Source of the DNA: Hyphochytrium catenoides | Taxonomy: Eukaryota > Protista > Hyphochytriomycota | Assembly (NCBI GenBank): GCA_900088475.1 | Contig: FLMG01000261.1 | Coordinates: 145,493-209,492, forward strand | Length of the DNA stretch: 64,000 nt | Reading direction: 5' to 3' | Shown here: in pieces, positions 63,490-64,000 of the stretch | Numbering within the stretch: position 1 is the stretch's first letter | Layout: every line of letters begins with the position of its first letter | Translations under genes and position numbers: made by a program | The notes under the pieces: model-generated | Seen by the model: only the letters and a program-made list of their open reading frames with translations | Databases searched by the model: none | Told to the model about the DNA's origin: nothing

Positions 63490-63495
63490 AGAGGG

Positions 63496-63548
<53 letters not shown>

Positions 63549-63570
63549 GGAAAGAGAGCAAGAGAGAGTT
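63490..63570. repeat. imperfect (AG)n array upstream of PAO (CT on the PAO sense strand)
   Basis: Interrupted ag repeats. Confidence 0.9.
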
Positions 63571-64000
63571 CAAAGAGATTGATGGCAGACGAAGCAGAGA
63601 GTCGTAAGAGAGGAATGGGTGAGTTCCGAAGGAGTTCACGCCCCTCATAAGTGAGAAAGAGCTAATGACCTAGAAGGCGGAAGATTGAGAGAAAGAGGGA
63701 AAGGGAGAGAGAGAGAAAGAAAGGAAGAGAGAGAAGGAGAAAGCGACAGGAGAAGAGGCATAATCACAGAGTAGGGAAGCGACCCAGAAAGAGAACAGAA
63801 AGCAGGAGAAGCAAGCTAAAGAATCAAAGAAGAGAAAGAAAGCCTTGACATCTAGGAAGATACAAGGATAGCTCAGCCTCTCCACGAGAGAGAAGAAGAA
63901 AGAAAGACGGCGAGTGGTTGAGGACGGATCAAAAAGCAAGGGCAAGAGAGTTAGGGAGAGAACGTATGACTTCCTGCTGCCACGAAGAAGAGAATGCCAC

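Overview
This is gene-dense, intron-rich eukaryotic DNA in the standard genetic code, probably from a flagellated protist or alga (IFT20 is present). The ORF track mostly shows exon fragments and antisense shadows, so I reconstructed the genes by hand-splicing. Eleven protein-coding genes, in order: (+) 5'-truncated IQ-repeat/B-box/WW protein with a degenerate GIY-YIG domain; (-) long coiled-coil protein; (-) dolichol kinase; (+) multi-TM calcineurin-like metallophosphoesterase; (-) EF-hand/RCC1 protein with an inserted F-type (fucose-binding) lectin domain; (-) TMTC-type O-mannosyltransferase; (-) unknown helical protein; (+) LSM5; (+) IFT20; (+) MAEA/GID9; (-) intronless secreted polyamine oxidase. 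I found no RNA genes, CRISPR arrays or intact mobile elements. The two strongest findings only appear after splicing. One is an apparently catalytically dead homing-endonuclease-type GIY-YIG module fused to a calmodulin-binding IQ scaffold. The other is an exact HX26RXDX4K fucose-binding motif inside an apparently cytosolic Ca2+/RCC1 protein. Also noted: three GC-AG introns, a stop-containing NAGNAG acceptor, sense-strand CT microsatellites that intensify after about 37 kb, recurrent short tandem duplications and a possible pseudogene relic. All exon boundaries and family calls were made by eye; no searches were run.
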